A DNA stretch of 64,000 nt, from positions 1,488,001 through 1,552,000 of the forward strand of contig NC_058383.1 of assembly GCF_018350175.1 (NCBI RefSeq), written 5' to 3'. Origin of the DNA: Felis catus. Lineage: Eukaryota. Positions 1 to 13,199 of this stretch are shown piece after piece. Numbering within the stretch: the first letter of the stretch is position 1; each line of letters begins with the position of its first letter. The notes beneath the pieces were generated by a model. The model did no database searches. It saw only the letters and a program-made list of their open reading frames with translations, and was not told the origin of the DNA. The translations under genes and the position numbers were made by a program.

Positions 1-1199
1 TATGTGCAAGTCTTGCTAATTAAATTTCTTTTGTTAAATTTATTCCTGGATGGTTTTTGATGCTATTGGGAATGGAATAATTTTCTTAATTTCATTTTCA
101 GATTGTTTGTTGCTAGTACACAGGAATAAAATTGAGTTTGGTGTATTGATCTTTTATCCCACAATCTTGTTAAATTTAATTATTAGCTAGTTCCAGTAGA
201 CTTTTGTGGACTTCTTAGATTTTCTACATACAGGATCATGTCATCTGCAAATAGGAGAGTTTTATTTGCATCTTTCCTTTCAAACTAGTTTCCTTTTATT
301 ACTTTTTTTCTGTTGTTTTTTTTGTTTTTTTTTTGTGTTTTTTGCCTTACTGCACTTACCAGAGCTTCCAGAATAATGCTGAATGGCAGAGGCCACTTTG
401 CTCCTGGCTGTAGAGGGAAAGCATTCAGTCTTTTCACTCACGGTTAAGTATGATGTTAGCTGTGGTTTTCATAGATGGCCTTTTTGGGTTGAGAAGGCCC
501 CTTGTCCTCCTGATTTGTTATGCGTTTTTATCACGAATACGTATTCCTGGGATAAGTGCCATTTGTATAATCCTCTTTGGATGTGACTGGATTTGGTTTC
601 TTACAGTTTGTGAAGGATTTTTGCACCTGTGTCCATGAGGGATATTGGTCTGTTATTGTCTAATGATGTCTTTGGTTTTGGCATCAGGGAAGAAGTACTC
701 ATCTCATACAATGAGTAAGGAAGTTTTTCTCCTCTTTCTTTTCTGAAAGAGTTTGTAAAATGTCAGTATTGGTTCTTTAAATATTTGACAGAATTTGCCA
801 CGAAAGCCATCTGGACCCGGGCTCTTCTCTGTGGGGATATGTTCAATTATTCATTTAAAAATGGTGTAAGTCTATTCAAATTTTCTTGAATCAGTTTTGA
901 TCATTTGTGTCTTTCTAGGAAGATGTGTATTTCATCTAAATTGTCTCATTTGTTGGAATCACGTTGTTCGTAATATTCCCTTATACCCCCTTTAATTTCT
1001 GTAGGATTGGTAGTGGTGTTTCCTCTTTAATAACTGATTTTAGTAATTTGTGTCTTCTCTCCCTTTGTGTTCTTGGTCAGTCGAGCTAAAAGTTTGTCAT
1101 TTTTGTTGATTTTCTCAAACAACTGAATTTTTGTTTCATTGATTTTCCCTATTTTTTCCTGTTGTTTATTCCACCAATCTCAGCTCTAATCTTTTAAGC

Positions 1200-1405
1200 A
1201 TTTTTTTAAATGTTTATTTTTGAGAGACAGAGCACGAGTGGAGAAGGGGCAGAGAGAGAGAGGGAGACACAGAATCCAAAACAGGCTCCAGGCTCTGAGC
1301 CGTCAGCACAGAACCCGATGCAGGGCTCGAACTCATGAACTGAACCATGAGATCATGGTCTGAGCTGAAGTCAGACACTCAACCAACTGAGCCACCCAGG
1401 TGCCC
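1200..1405 (-). mobile_element. Can-SINE (felid SINEC)
   Basis: Poly-T tail, (GA)n tract, GACACAGAATCC...GGCTCGAACTC, ending GAGCCACCCAGGTGCCC (reverse complement of the GGGGCGCCTGGGTGGCTC head). Confidence 0.95.
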
Positions 1406-2020
1406 TGAAAGCTATAAATTTCAAATGAAGCTCTGCTTTTAACTGCATCTCATAGAGTTTGATACATTCTGGTTTTGTTTTAAGTAAAGACGTTTTCTAA
1501 TTTCCTTTTTTTTTGACTCATGGCCTATTTAAAACTCTGTTGTTTCCTTTCCAAATATTTGAGGCATTTCTCAAGATTTATTTCTTTTGTTGATTTCTCT
1601 TCAATTCTGTTGTGATTGATGACTATGCTTTCTACGATTTCATTCATTTTAAGTTTACTGAGGTTCGCCTCATAGCCTGGCACATGTCTGCCCTGGAGAA
1701 TGAACCACGTGTGTTTAAAAAGAATGTCTATTCTGCCGGATGGAATATTTTATAAACGTCAGTTTGGTCAAGTTGGTGACGGTGCTGTTCCTCTTCTGTA
1801 TCTTTGCTTGTTTCCTGTCTAGTTCTGTCACTTATTGAGACTGGAGTATTGAAATCTCCAGCTATTGTCGAATTGTCTATTTCTCCTTTTAATTCTGTCG
1901 ATTTTTGCTTAATGTAGCTTGGGGCCCTTTTGTTAGGGGTGTGTCCATGTGTAATTGTTACATCTTCCTGAGATATGGGCCTATCATTATGAAATGTCAC
2001 TCTTTGCTCTGGCAATATTT

Positions 2021-2235
2021 ATTTATTTTTTATTTTTATTTTTTAATATTTATTATTGAGAGACAGACACCGAGCATGAGTGGGGGAGGGGCAGAGAGAG
2101 AGGGAGACACAGAATCCGAAGCAGGCTGCGAGCTGTCAGCACAGAGCCCGAAGCGGGGCTCGAACTCACAGACCGCGAGATCATGACCTGAGCCGAAGTT
2201 GGATGCCCAACCGACTGAGCCACCCAGGCGCCCCC
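2021..2235 (-). mobile_element. Can-SINE with 10-bp target-site duplication
   Basis: Typical SINEC body; GGCAATATTT is repeated at 2011-2020 and 2236-2245. Confidence 0.95.
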
Positions 2236-2879
2236 GGCAATATTTCTTAAAGTCTGTTTTGTCGAATGCTAATTTACCTACTCCAGCTCTGTAAGGTTAC
2301 TGTTTGCATGTATTTCCCCATCTTTTAGCTTTCAACATTGTTGTATGCTTGAAGCCAAAGTGCATCACTTTTAGGTAATATATATTTGGATCTGGTTCTT
2401 TTAACCCATTCTAACAATCTCTGCCTCTTGATTGGGCTGTGTAGTCCATTTACATTTAATGTATTTTAAAAATTTGATATGGTTACTATTTTCTTACTTG
2501 TTTTCTACATGTCTCATCTTTTTTTTTTCCTTCTTTCTCCTTTGTTGCCTTCTTTTGTGTTGGGTAAATACTTTCAGTGTACGATGTAGATTCCTTTTGT
2601 TAATTTTTTAAACCATATTCCTTGGTTTTCTTAGTGGTTGTGTGGGAGTAGCAATATGCATCTTAACTCATTGCAAATAATTTTAGATTAACACTAATTT
2701 AATGATAGTGAAATATGGAAATTTTACTCCAATATAGTCCCATTATCTTCTCTGTCCTTATGCTATTGTCATATGTATTACTATATGCTAAACCCCAAGA
2801 GTCTAGTGTTACAGTTATTGCTTCATATAATCTTATGTTTTTGAAAGAAGTTAAGGAAAAAAAGCACCTTCACAGACTC

Positions 2880-2985
2880 TCTTTTTTATTTATTTAAGTA
2901 ATCTCTATGCACAATGTAAGCCTTGACTCAACCACCCTGAAATCAAGAGCCACACACTCCTCCAACTGAGCCAGCCAGGTGCCCC
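2880..2985 (-). mobile_element. Short/older Can-SINE lacking the CT tract
   Basis: TTTATTTATTT tail, ...GAAATCAAGAG...CAACTGAGCCAGCCAGGTGCCCC. Confidence 0.8.
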
Positions 2986-5079
2986 TTATAGACTTTTATG
3001 TCTGTCTCCACACTTACCATTTCTGTACTCTTCCTTTCTTTCTGTGGATTTGAAGTTCCTCAGGCATTGTTTCCTTTGAGCCTACAAGGTTTCCTTTAGT
3101 ATGTCTTCTGAAGGAGGTTTGCCACATTCTCCCAGTCTTTGTTTGTCTTTGAATGTCTTTAGTTTGCCTTCGGTTCTGAGGGGTAGTTTCATGGGACATG
3201 GAATTCTTGGCTGACATTTCTTCTTTCAGCCCTTTGAAAATGCTGTCCCACTGCCTTCTCACCTCCATAATTTCAGATGAGAAGTCAGCCATTAATCACA
3301 CTGCCTTCACCCTGCACGTGATGAATCCCTTTTTCCCAATATCTCTTTGTCTTTCAACAGTTTGATTACGATGTGTCTAAATGTGAGAATTTTGTTTTCA
3401 CTGATCTTGCATTTGTTATATTCATGCTTTGCATCGAATTTGGGAAAATTTCAGCCATTATTTCTTCAAATATTGTCTCTCTCTCTGTCCCTGTCTCTTT
3501 CTTCTCCCATCACATGGATGTTGGTGTCTCTGATGTTGTCTCACACATTGATTCGTTTTTCTTCCTTACGTTTTCTTTCTGTCTTTAAGTTGGACAATTC
3601 CATTTGATCTGCTTGAGTCGTTAACTCTTTCTTCTGCTGTCTCAAATCTGTTGTTGAGCCCCTCTCAAGAATTTTTCACTCATTATACTTTTGAATTCCA
3701 GAATTTCCATTTTAAAAATACTCTCTCCCTTCCTCGAGTTTCTCTAGTTTTGAGTCATTGTCGTCATACTTTAACTCATTAAACACAATTGTCTTTTTTA
3801 AAAACAGATTTATGATCACTGCCTCGGAGTCTTGGTCTGCTGTATGCAACATCTTGTGACACTCATTGACAATTTTTATTGACCGCTTTTTATCCTGAGT
3901 ACAAGTTACCCTTTCGTATTTCTCTGTATGTTTTGCAATTTGGGGTTGAAAATGGATATTGTAGATAATATTTTAAAACAGCTCTGGATTCTAATCTCCC
4001 ACCCCCTGCCCTCAAGTTGTTATTTTTGCTGGTTTTTGAGGAACTCTTCTGGACTGAAATGTTGAAATCCATTTTCCTCTGATGTGTCACTGTTGATGTT
4101 TCTGTTTTGTCCCCCTCCCCTTTAGAAATCCCTGCTTTTATATTTAATTCTGGCTTCCTGAGGATCATCTCTGTGTCTGCTTAGCTTAGTGGTCAGGCAT
4201 TGATCGGTCAGAGGTTGTGTGCAAACACCTGGAGCCTGTCAGGCTTCCACCGTCTGCCAATGAATCTGCATGTGGGCTTAGGAGCACATTTTAAGGCCAG
4301 GCAGTTTCCAAGCCTGCCTGGCATTTACTTCCTGCCAGAACCTCTCATGTCTCCTCTGTGTATGTCCACAGGCTCTCAGTAAGCCAGAGATGTGTGAATT
4401 TCTTGGACCCTCTCTGCCCTGCCACGTGCTCGCGTGCTGCCCATCAGCTGGCCACACGTGGAGAGCTTACAGCCCATCACGATGGCCGTCACGTTTCATG
4501 TCTCTGTCACATTTCCAGCTAATTCCCTGGTCTGTTGCTGCCCGAGCCAGGATCACAGCCTCTGCCCGGTAGAACGTCTGGCTTTCCCCGTTCACTTGCC
4601 ATGGAGATTGCCACTTCTTACGGACACCGCGGCTGCTGATCGTGAGTTTTGTGTCTTCTGCTCTGAATCATGTCAGCCTCTGGCAGTGAAGCTGCTAGTT
4701 TTCGTGGCCTGCCCTGCCCTGTGCTGCCCTGTTACGATGATGCACCAGCTGAGCTGGGAGTGGGGCGATGGGAGCAGTTTCGGGCAACACCACCCCCTTT
4801 ACTCCGCATTATTCAAAGTTCACCAGTTTTTCAGGCGTACATGCCTTTGGCCAGTCTCGAGGATGTTGAAATGGTTATTTTTAATCATTTTGACTAGTTT
4901 TATAGTTGTTTCAGTGACAGGACTTGGTGACCTCTTTACGATGGCATGCCAGAAGTCCACCCTTGTGGCATTATCCTCTGAAAAGAAAACTCCGAAAAAC
5001 TCCGTGAGTTGTCACCGGGTGGAACTCACGGAAGGACCATCCAGGTCAAGAAGTGAGATGTTACCTGCCTCTCACAAGC

Positions 5080-6700
5080 CCTTCTGCCGCCTCTGTTATC
5101 ACCGTTCCTCTTTCCTCCTCAAAGGGAAACACTTTCCTGATTTTCAGTTCCATAGATGTTTTTTTTCCTATTTCTGTGCTTTATGTGAGTGGAACCACAC
5201 CGTAAGTGTTCTCTTGGGACTGGCTTCTTTTGTTCAACAAAATATGTGTGAGGTCCCTCAGTGTTGGCGCTATAGACGTAGTTTATGTTAAACGTTGATT
5301 AGAGTATCTGTTGGTCTTTTCTACCACTGATGGACATTTGGGTGTTTCCAGACCTCAGGGCTTATGGGTAGTGCTGTTGTGAACATTTTGTACATGCCTT
5401 TTGGTGGACACATGCACTCATTTCTGTTGGACGGATCCCCAGCGGGGATGTTCCTGTGTGTGGTTTTAGTAGATAACGCCAAACAGTTGTCCAAAGTGGC
5501 TGTACTGATTTTGACGGGAGTGTGCCCCACCTTTTAGCCCTACTGGTGAGCATCTTTTCATAAGTAGATTGGCCATTTGGATATTCTCTCTTCTAATGTA
5601 TCTGCTCAAAACCTGTACCCATTTTTTTTTTTCTACTGAAAGGTCTTTTTCTTATACATTTGTAGAAGTTCTTTTTTTGAAGGTTAAAATTTTTTTCATT
5701 CATTTATTTTTGAGAGACAGAGAGAGCACAAGTGGGGAGGGGGAGAGAGGAGACAGAATCCAAAGCAGGCTCCAGGCTCTGAGCTGTCAGCACAGAGCCT
5801 GATGCGGGGCCCAAACACACAAACCGCGAGACCATGGCCTGAGCTGAAGTCGGACGTTCAACCGACTGAGCCACCCAGACGCCCCTGGAGAAATTCTTTA
5901 TATATCTATAAACACTTCCATTCTTGATTATGTAGGTTGTAAATATCTTCTCCTGCTCCATATGTTTTTATTCTTCTAGTTAGGTCTTTAAAAGAGAAGA
6001 AGTGCTTGATCTTGGTGCAGTCCAAGTCGTCCTTCGTGGTCAGTGCTTTTTGTTAGTTTATAACAAAATGTTTTCTCATCTAAAGTCCTTGAAGACTCTT
6101 CTCCATGCCACCTTCTAAAGGCTTTGCTGTTGTACATTTGACATTTAGGTTTTCTGTCCAACTGGAATGAGTTTTTTACCTATGGTGTGAGGTAGGGATC
6201 GAGTTTGAGGTCTTTCCCTGTGTTGAGCCAGCTGACCTGACATGTTTTATTAAAAAAGCCATCCTTTTTTGATGGCATTATTTAAACTTGGCTTTGGTTG
6301 ATTTTTGAGGTTGCTGTAGAGTCCCATGCAGTTGTGAGAAATAATTCGGAGAGATCCCACGTAGTCTTTATCTGGTTCCTCGCTGTGATGCCACCTCGCA
6401 CAACTATGGTATAGTGACAGCTAGGATATTGACAGTGATACGTCTGGATGCAGAACATTTCCATCTCCCCAGGTTCCCTCTTGTTGCCCCGGAAGAGCCA
6501 CACTCAGCTCCCTCCCCTCAACCCCATCTCTGGACCTGGTAACCCCTCCTTGGTTCTCCAGTTCTATAATTTTGTCTTTTCAAGTATGCTGTAAAAATGG
6601 AATCATACAGTACATAATTTGGGGGACTGGATTTGTTTTCAACAAAACTCCCTGGAGATTGATCCAAGTTGTTGTTATTGTTTTTATCAATAGTCCCAGT
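5080..6700 (-). mobile_element. L1 3'-end/3'UTR fragments (L1M-type)
   Basis: Hallmark L1 3' strings TGATGGACATTTGGGTGTTTCCAG, GTGAACATT, AATGGAATCATACAGTA and GGTGTGAGGTAGGG. Confidence 0.8.
5672..5885 (-). mobile_element. Can-SINE
   Basis: Typical SINEC body ending GAGCCACCCAGACGCCCC. Confidence 0.95.
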
Positions 6701-6705
6701 ATTAT

Positions 6706-6913
6706 TATTTTTTTAAGGTTTATTTATTTTTGAAGGAGAGACAGAGCATGAATGGGGGAGGGTCAGAGAGAGAGGGAGACACAGAATCCGAAGCAGGCTC
6801 CAGGCTCCGAGCTGTCAGCACAGAGCCTGACGCGGGGCTCGAACCCACAAACCGCGAGATCATGACCTGAGCTGAAGTTGGATGCTCCACCCACTGAGCC
6901 ACCCAGGCGCCCC
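6706..6913 (-). mobile_element. Can-SINE
   Basis: Typical SINEC body; imperfect TSD TCCCA(G/A)TATTATT on both sides. Confidence 0.95.
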
Positions 6914-8069
6914 ATCCCAATATTATTTTTTAACCCAGCCTCTCTACATGGCACCCTGTGCGTGTGTACTAGGGAGTGAGTACAATTTCAAGGCTCCACA
7001 GGCTCCTAGTCATGGTTCCAGTGATATAACGTGCCCGGGAAACACAGACTCCCAGCTCAGTCCCCACAGCCAGGGGTTGCCAAGGAACCATGCATGTATT
7101 TCTGGGTGTTTGGTATAATTTGGGGATTGCAAGTTGAACCCGCTGCCCTGTGATCTGCGGAGGGGCTCATCTGGGCAGGGCCAGTCCCGCCCTTGCTGGT
7201 GGCGAGAACCTGGTGCCCACAGACCCTTGAGAAGCCGTGGGGTTGGTAGCAAGCGAAAAATATCTTGTCCCTCTATTTGTAGTCGTTTTGTTGAATCCCC
7301 TAACCAGCTGTCCGTTCACAGCTCTCTGAGCCAGCCAGTTTCCCTGGTGTGGCCCCGTCCAAAGCCTCTGCAGTCATGTGCCTGTTACAGGCAGAGAGTC
7401 TGACGTTCTTGACCAGGTTCACACGGTCCCGAGGCAGGATCACGGGGGGCTGGGGAGCTTTGCTCAAAGGTCCCTTAGCTTTTGGTTGTCTCCGCGGGAT
7501 CTAGAGTCGGGGACCGGAGCTCTTGCCCGAGCAGGCCACGGTCAGTGACAGAACGGGTGCTCCCGAGCTCTTTAAGTACCTGGCATCCTGGAAGGTCATG
7601 GGTCAGGATTTGGGGACCCGGGCTCTTGCCCTGGCCCAGAACTGGCATGTTGCAGGCTTGCTACGTTCTTCATACGGCCATAAACGGACGGGTGAGTGAT
7701 TGGAAGAGAATGGCCGTGTGGACGGGGCTTGGAAGAAACAGGAACAGGAAGGCCCAGCTCAAGAGATTAATGTCCTCAAGTGGCATATGGGGACCCTAAG
7801 GCCCAGAGAGGTGGCTTGCCCCAGTGCATGGAACCGGGCAGCAGCAGAACTGAGGCTTGACCCCACCCGCCTGAGTACAGGTTCAGGTTTCCTTCCACCA
7901 GTCACCCCAGAGAGGCAGGGTGTCGACCGGGGGTCAGGTCACCTCTCGTGACCTGGTAGACGGGGCGGTCTGAGCCCTGCCAGGCCCACGCAGCGGATCC
8001 AGGAGCCGAGGTCCTGGGGTTGGGGGTCTCCATCCATGGCTGCCACTAACTGCGGCCTCGGGTGAGTTA

Positions 8070-8220
8070 CTCCTGGCAGCAAACATTTATTCTGCACCTG
8101 CTGTGTGCCTGGCCCCGTGTTGCACCCCGAGGGAACCAGAGTTGCGTAAGACTCCGTGGTCCCTGACATGAGGGGGTTTCCAGCCCTCCTCAGTGTTCTC
8201 ATCTGTAAAGGGGCGGGTTT
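8070..8220. mobile_element. L2 3'-end relic (possibly followed by MIR)
   Basis: CAAACATTTATTCTGCACCTGCTGTGTGCCTGGC resembles the L2 tail CAAACATTTATTGAGCACCTACTATGTGCCAGGC. Confidence 0.55.
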
Positions 8221-8774
8221 AGGGCCCACACGTCTGAAGGTTGCACTGGGCTGGGCCCCCCAGCCCCCCGGGCCGTGTCCATCCCGGCTCTGTGTCCACA
8301 AGCAGGCTGCTGGGTTGGTTGTCCGCGGGCACCGGCGGGCAGTGAGAACAGAGCGGAGGGTGTTCTGGAAACCCGTGTGGGCAGCAGCCTCGCCGGTGGC
8401 CATGTGGGCCCCGCACCCAGGACGTTTCCAGGCTGCAGCTAAAGCCTGGGCCAGGGAGCCCGGGAAATGTTTAACTTTGAAAAATGGACCTTCACAGCTC
8501 ATTAGGCCTCAGCGGCGCGGCCCGGCGCCTCGGGCGGCTGGGGAAGAGGGAGACGCCACGGCATGAAATCACTGAAGTATTTAAAGGCCAATTCTGCATT
8601 CCTGACCGGCAGCGTCTGCTTGCTGAGCCCGGCAGCGCTGGGCCCCGGGACAGGCTGGTGCACGGGTGCCCAGGGCCGCCAGGATGGCCGGGGTGGTGCC
8701 GCCACCGAGGCCTCCCGCCGTCCTCCACTGCACGTGGTGACCCAGTCCCGGGTCAGGCCCTCCTGGCGTCTGCC

Positions 8775-8850
8775 GTTTCCTGGCTCCGTGACCTTGGACA
8801 AGCCATTTCTGACTCTAGGCCTCAGTTTCCCCACCCGCACAGTGGCTGGT
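8775..8850 (+). mobile_element. MIR core fragment
   Basis: GTGACCTTGGACAAGCCATTTC...GCCTCAGTTTCCCCA matches the MIR core. Confidence 0.7.
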
Positions 8851-9179
8851 GTGCCACGTGGGAGACAGGGTGAAAGCGGAGGCTGCCCGTGAGGGACAGG
8901 CAAGGGGCACCGCAGCCCCCCGAGGGGACGGGAGCCTTTGTCCTGGAGGCACGGGGGCTGCGGGCACCCACCCCCCGCAACACCCACCTTCTAATTCGCA
9001 GAGCCGGTCCCCGGGGCCCGGACTGTTCTGGCCAGGACTGGGCTCGTGGCTGCTGTGTTGAGAAGGGCTGAGGCCCCTCCCTCTGTCCTCCTGTTGGCTC
9101 ACTGTCCATCCTGGGGGCCGGGCGGCTGTGCTTCTCTCTCCCCTGCTGGGCGGGAGGGCCTGTGGCCTGCAGGCAGGGG

Positions 9180-10240
9180 TGCGGTGGGGGGGGGCTGGGG
9201 AGGGGAGGGGGCTGGGGGTGTGTCTGAGTGGAGCTGAGGAGGAGGCAGCCAGGAGACGCCAGAGCCGATCAGCAGCGCCGACGGCCGTAATGCTCCAAAC
9301 TGGGGCAGCCAGGTTGCACTGTCTTCTCGTCGTATACATCTGATGGGGAGCCTGCACCTGCCTCTGGCTGGGTGGAGGGTAGAGGGCCAGGGCTCCACCG
9401 GGCAAGGGCGTCTTCTGGACTCTTGAGGCCCTCCCGCCCCCACCCCAACCCTCACCAGCTCTGGAACTTTCCGAGGGCTCGGCGACCTTACGCAAGTGAA
9501 CTCCTTTCTCCGAGCCTCTGTGTCTTTCATTGGAAATTGGGGGAAGCTTCCTGAATCCCTATCCCGGAGGTGTGGAATTGGAGGAGAGCAAAAGAAGGCC
9601 TCCTTCCTTTCCCACTGCGGGAGGGGACAGCGGTCAGGGCCTCCCCTCCGTGCTCGTGTGGACAGCTCAGCGGCGGCCACAGCGCCACGCCGACACAGAC
9701 AGGTGTGCCCACACGCGCCCCGCCGGCCCGTCCCCATGGCAACCCCGGGCGCAGAGCAGGTGTCTGGGAGACCCCAATTGGTGCTGACAGGTGGGGCCCA
9801 CGTGACAGGCTCCCCAGAGGCGGCCCAGCCAATCAGGGCCCCTGGGCAGAGGCTCCAGGAAGATGTGAAGTTGTACCCCTGTTCCCAGCAGATGCTGCTC
9901 ACACACACACACGGGCTGTTTGTGGTCGATCCTGCTTTGGGGAGAGGGAAACTGAGGCTCCAACCGCCAGCCCAGGCCGACGCGGGCCCCGCCCACCCCC
10001 GTCTGGAAGGCGTGGGGCTCCGCCCACACGCCCCTCCGGCCCCCACCGGGGTCTCGGACCTCCCCTTGTCTTAGAGCAGGGTGCCGCCCCTGCCAGGCGA
10101 CTTCCCCGTTTCCTCTGCCATTTGGCTAATTGTCCGAGACCTTTGCTGCAGGACCAGGCTGCTAGGCCCAGCTCCTCCCCATCTGCCCTGAAGTCATGAG
10201 CTCGGCTGGCAGGGTTCCCATGGCAACAGTGGTGCGTCAC
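9180..10240. promoter_or_regulatory. Promoter/enhancer-like region with two RFX X-boxes, a CCAAT box and an E-box
   Basis: GTCCCCATGGCAAC 9730-9743, GTTCCCATGGCAAC 10214-10227, CACGTGAC 9799-9806, AGCCAATCAG 9827-9836, G-rich tract 9180-9220. Confidence 0.45.
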
Positions 10241-13199
10241 AGAGGCCGGGAGGATGCAGGGGGGGTGGGCCGGAGGGGGTGGGATTCCTGGCTTCTCAGT
10301 CACCCACAGGCCTGGGCTGTGACCCTGGAAGTGGGTCCTGGGTGTCCTCCAGCCGCCCGGAGCCGGGAAGCCAGGCCCCCACCCCGCACCCCCCACCCAC
10401 AGGTGCACCCGCCTGCCCAGAGACAGGGACCCTTGTGGAGTGAGCACGGTCACCACCGTTGGCCGGCTGGTCCTTGGCAAGCTTACTTACACCAGCGTCG
10501 AGGGCCGCTGGCCACACCTCTCCCCCGTTGGGGTCCTGTGACTTGGCGGCTGCCCCTGTAGTGCTGGGGGCTTTGGAACCGGCCTCACTGGCACCGGCTC
10601 CAGATTCATTCCTGGAAAAAAAAACAAACAAACCCTTTCCGTCAGACTCCTGTCTCCCCGACCCCAGCGGTCTGCAAGCCGGGGTGTGGCTGCTGCCCAC
10701 TGCGGGGCCCCCGGTGCTCAGGGGAGAGCCAAGTACCATAGGAGCTGGTTTGCAGGGGGGAGTAAAGTGCCGTAGGAGCTGGTTGTGCCTCTGTGCCCCG
10801 TAGCTCTTGTTTCACATCCCGAGGCGTCGTAGGTGCACAGCGCCGTGAAAGCCATGAGTCCTCCCGTGTCCTCCCGAAAGACTGTCCTCCCGTGTCCCAG
10901 CCAGGCCAGGGCTGTGACCATTGTCCTCTTGCTCACTGGGTCCACTCGCACCCTCCTGCTGACTCAGGTGCTGGGAGCCTTTGCTCCTACTCTGGTCCGG
11001 GGTAGGAGCACCGGAGCAGCCCTGTCCAGCCCCCTCCCAATGCCAGCCCCCCCCTCCCCCTTGGGGCTGCCCCCGCCAGGGTCAGGGGCCCACGCGGCAG
11101 GCAGGAGCGAGCTCACTGACACAGGCTCATGCCAGACCCTGCCCAGAGGCAGAGGAGTGGACACAGACCCCTGCTCATGGCCCCGGCTTGTAGACCTGGC
11201 CTGGTCGTGGCTTCGCTGATCCCCAGTCATTCACCCCAAACATCCCCTCGGCAAATCTAGCTGGGCCCCCCCGTGCCAGGCCCAGGGGCCTGCGTGACAA
11301 AGGCCGTGCCCTGGTGGAGTGTGCACTTACTGAGCTCCTGCTGTGTGCTAAGGCCTGTGCTGGCGCGGACCCTGGGGCGCGGCCGTGGGGGAGACGGATG
11401 TGATTCCCATCCGTAGGGAGTTGACAGTCAGTGGGGGTGATGTGAGGGAGCACAGAAGAGGGAGCCCGGGCGGGGGATCTGCTTATAACCATTGGGTGGC
11501 TTCCTTAGGTAGGACAGCCTGGGAAGGCTTCTTGGAAGAGGTGGCATTGAGCTGACTGGTCCAGGCCGGTGTTCAAGGCTGAGCCCCCTGCCACTCAGGT
11601 GGAGACCCTGGGGAACCACTGCTCTCTGTGACCTGGGCTCGCTGGCAGGGGTGGGGAGAATGCGCTGGAAGCTAGGGATGGCCCTCTTCCCGGGGCACAG
11701 AGGAGAGGAGCCCCCACCGTTCTTGGCAGGAAAGATGGTGTCCAGCCAGACTCCAGAGGGGGCAGGGGCAGGGTCGCGCGCCCATATTGCCACGCGCAGA
11801 AGGCAGATGAGCCTGAGACCGTGGCCCGGCTGCTGGGCTGGGGCGGGGCGTGTAGGACGGAGCCCCTGCTGCCTTCCACGAGCTGGAATGCGGCCCCAAG
11901 GTGGGCCTGGGGTAATTGTTCCTGTCCCCGCTGGCCTTCCGGCTTCTCGGGGGACCGTTTTCTCATCTGTCGAGAGGGTTCACGGCGAGAAAGGGCAGCC
12001 GGTGGACCCCAGGACGTGTGTGTGATCGGCATCTGCCAAATTCACTCTCTTCCCCCGTGACCTCGGGCCCTTTTCAGGGGTGTCCCCCACCCCCACCTGT
12101 TCTTCTGGGAGCATGTTCGTGCGGTGTTTATCCCCAGCAGATCACCTGTGGATCTGGGAACGGGGTGCCGGAAGCAACCCGTGGGCCTCCCCACCAGGCG
12201 CCACGTCCCGCAGGGAGGCGGCCTGCCTAATGGGGGCTGCTGGGCAGGGTGACCAGTGGGGATCGCAGCGAGCTGTCCCCTGCTCCTCGGTTTCCACGCC
12301 TGTAGAGTGGGTCTAAAAACAGGCCTCACCTCCTAGAGAAGTAAGGCCTGGAAGGTAGTCAGGGCCCCATGAGCTCACAGACAACTGCCCTCATCGCCGT
12401 CGGCACTGGAGGTCAGCTCGAGGCAGTGGGAAGAGACACGGGCACCCAGGCTGGTTGGACGCGGGCTGGGGGCCAGGCTTCCCGCAAGCACCGGCCTGGA
12501 TGGCCTTTAGGGAGGAGCAGTTGGCAGCGAGGGGGCACGGCTGCCTTCCGAACCTGCCTCTGACCGGTATTTTCCAGGGCACCCCGTACAGCTGTCCCTG
12601 GCTCTTCTGGATGTCTCACGTCTGTCTGCGCGCCTTTTTCTGTCACGCCCGCGATGCAACATCTCACCGAAGTTTAGCTAATTAGAGTCCGAGGGAACCT
12701 CAGCCTCATTTCAGCACGCAAGCAGATCCCAAGCCTCATTTTCTTATTTCTAATAAGCGCGTATCAGATTTACGGCTCTTACATCCCCCTCGTGAGGTGC
12801 GTGCCTCCTGGAGATCCCTGCCTCCATTTTGCCGCAGTCCCCCCGCCTCCCCGGCTGCACCCCCGAGCTCTGTCTGACTCTGCTCAGCAGACTGGCACGA
12901 CAGGTCCTGTCGGGAGGAAGGCCGGGCTGCAGGGCCGGGCGGGGGTCCGCCCGCCGTCCTGGACCACAGTGTGCCAGTCAGCGCACACGCGTGGATTTCT
13001 CTTCTGGCCAGGCATTTAAGCGTGTATCATGGCCTGTTCCTGATTTTTTGATTTTGAAAGCTGTCTCCGGATGTCTTCACCGAAGAAGGTGCGGAGAGGC
13101 TGCCGGGGGCAGGAGGAGGCCATGGATCGCCACCCAGGGCTGAGCGCGTCGGCTCCTTAGAGAATTTCCTTCTGGTCTTTGTTCCCTCTGAGATGAGAG

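Larger units (their letters stand above)
1..4200 (-). mobile_element. Old, decayed LINE-1 (L1M-type), ORF2 to ORF1 portion, interrupted by SINEs
   Basis: T-rich plus strand. Minus ORF 1728-2015 resembles the L1 ORF2 endonuclease (TIAGDFNTPVSISDR); minus ORF 3014-3292 resembles L1 ORF1 (ADFSSEIMEVRRQWDSIFKGLKE). Many stops and frameshifts. Confidence 0.9.

Noticed and set aside
4434..5291. 285-aa ORF
   Set aside because: Non-ATG start, spans L1-derived sequence and shows no recognisable protein motif.
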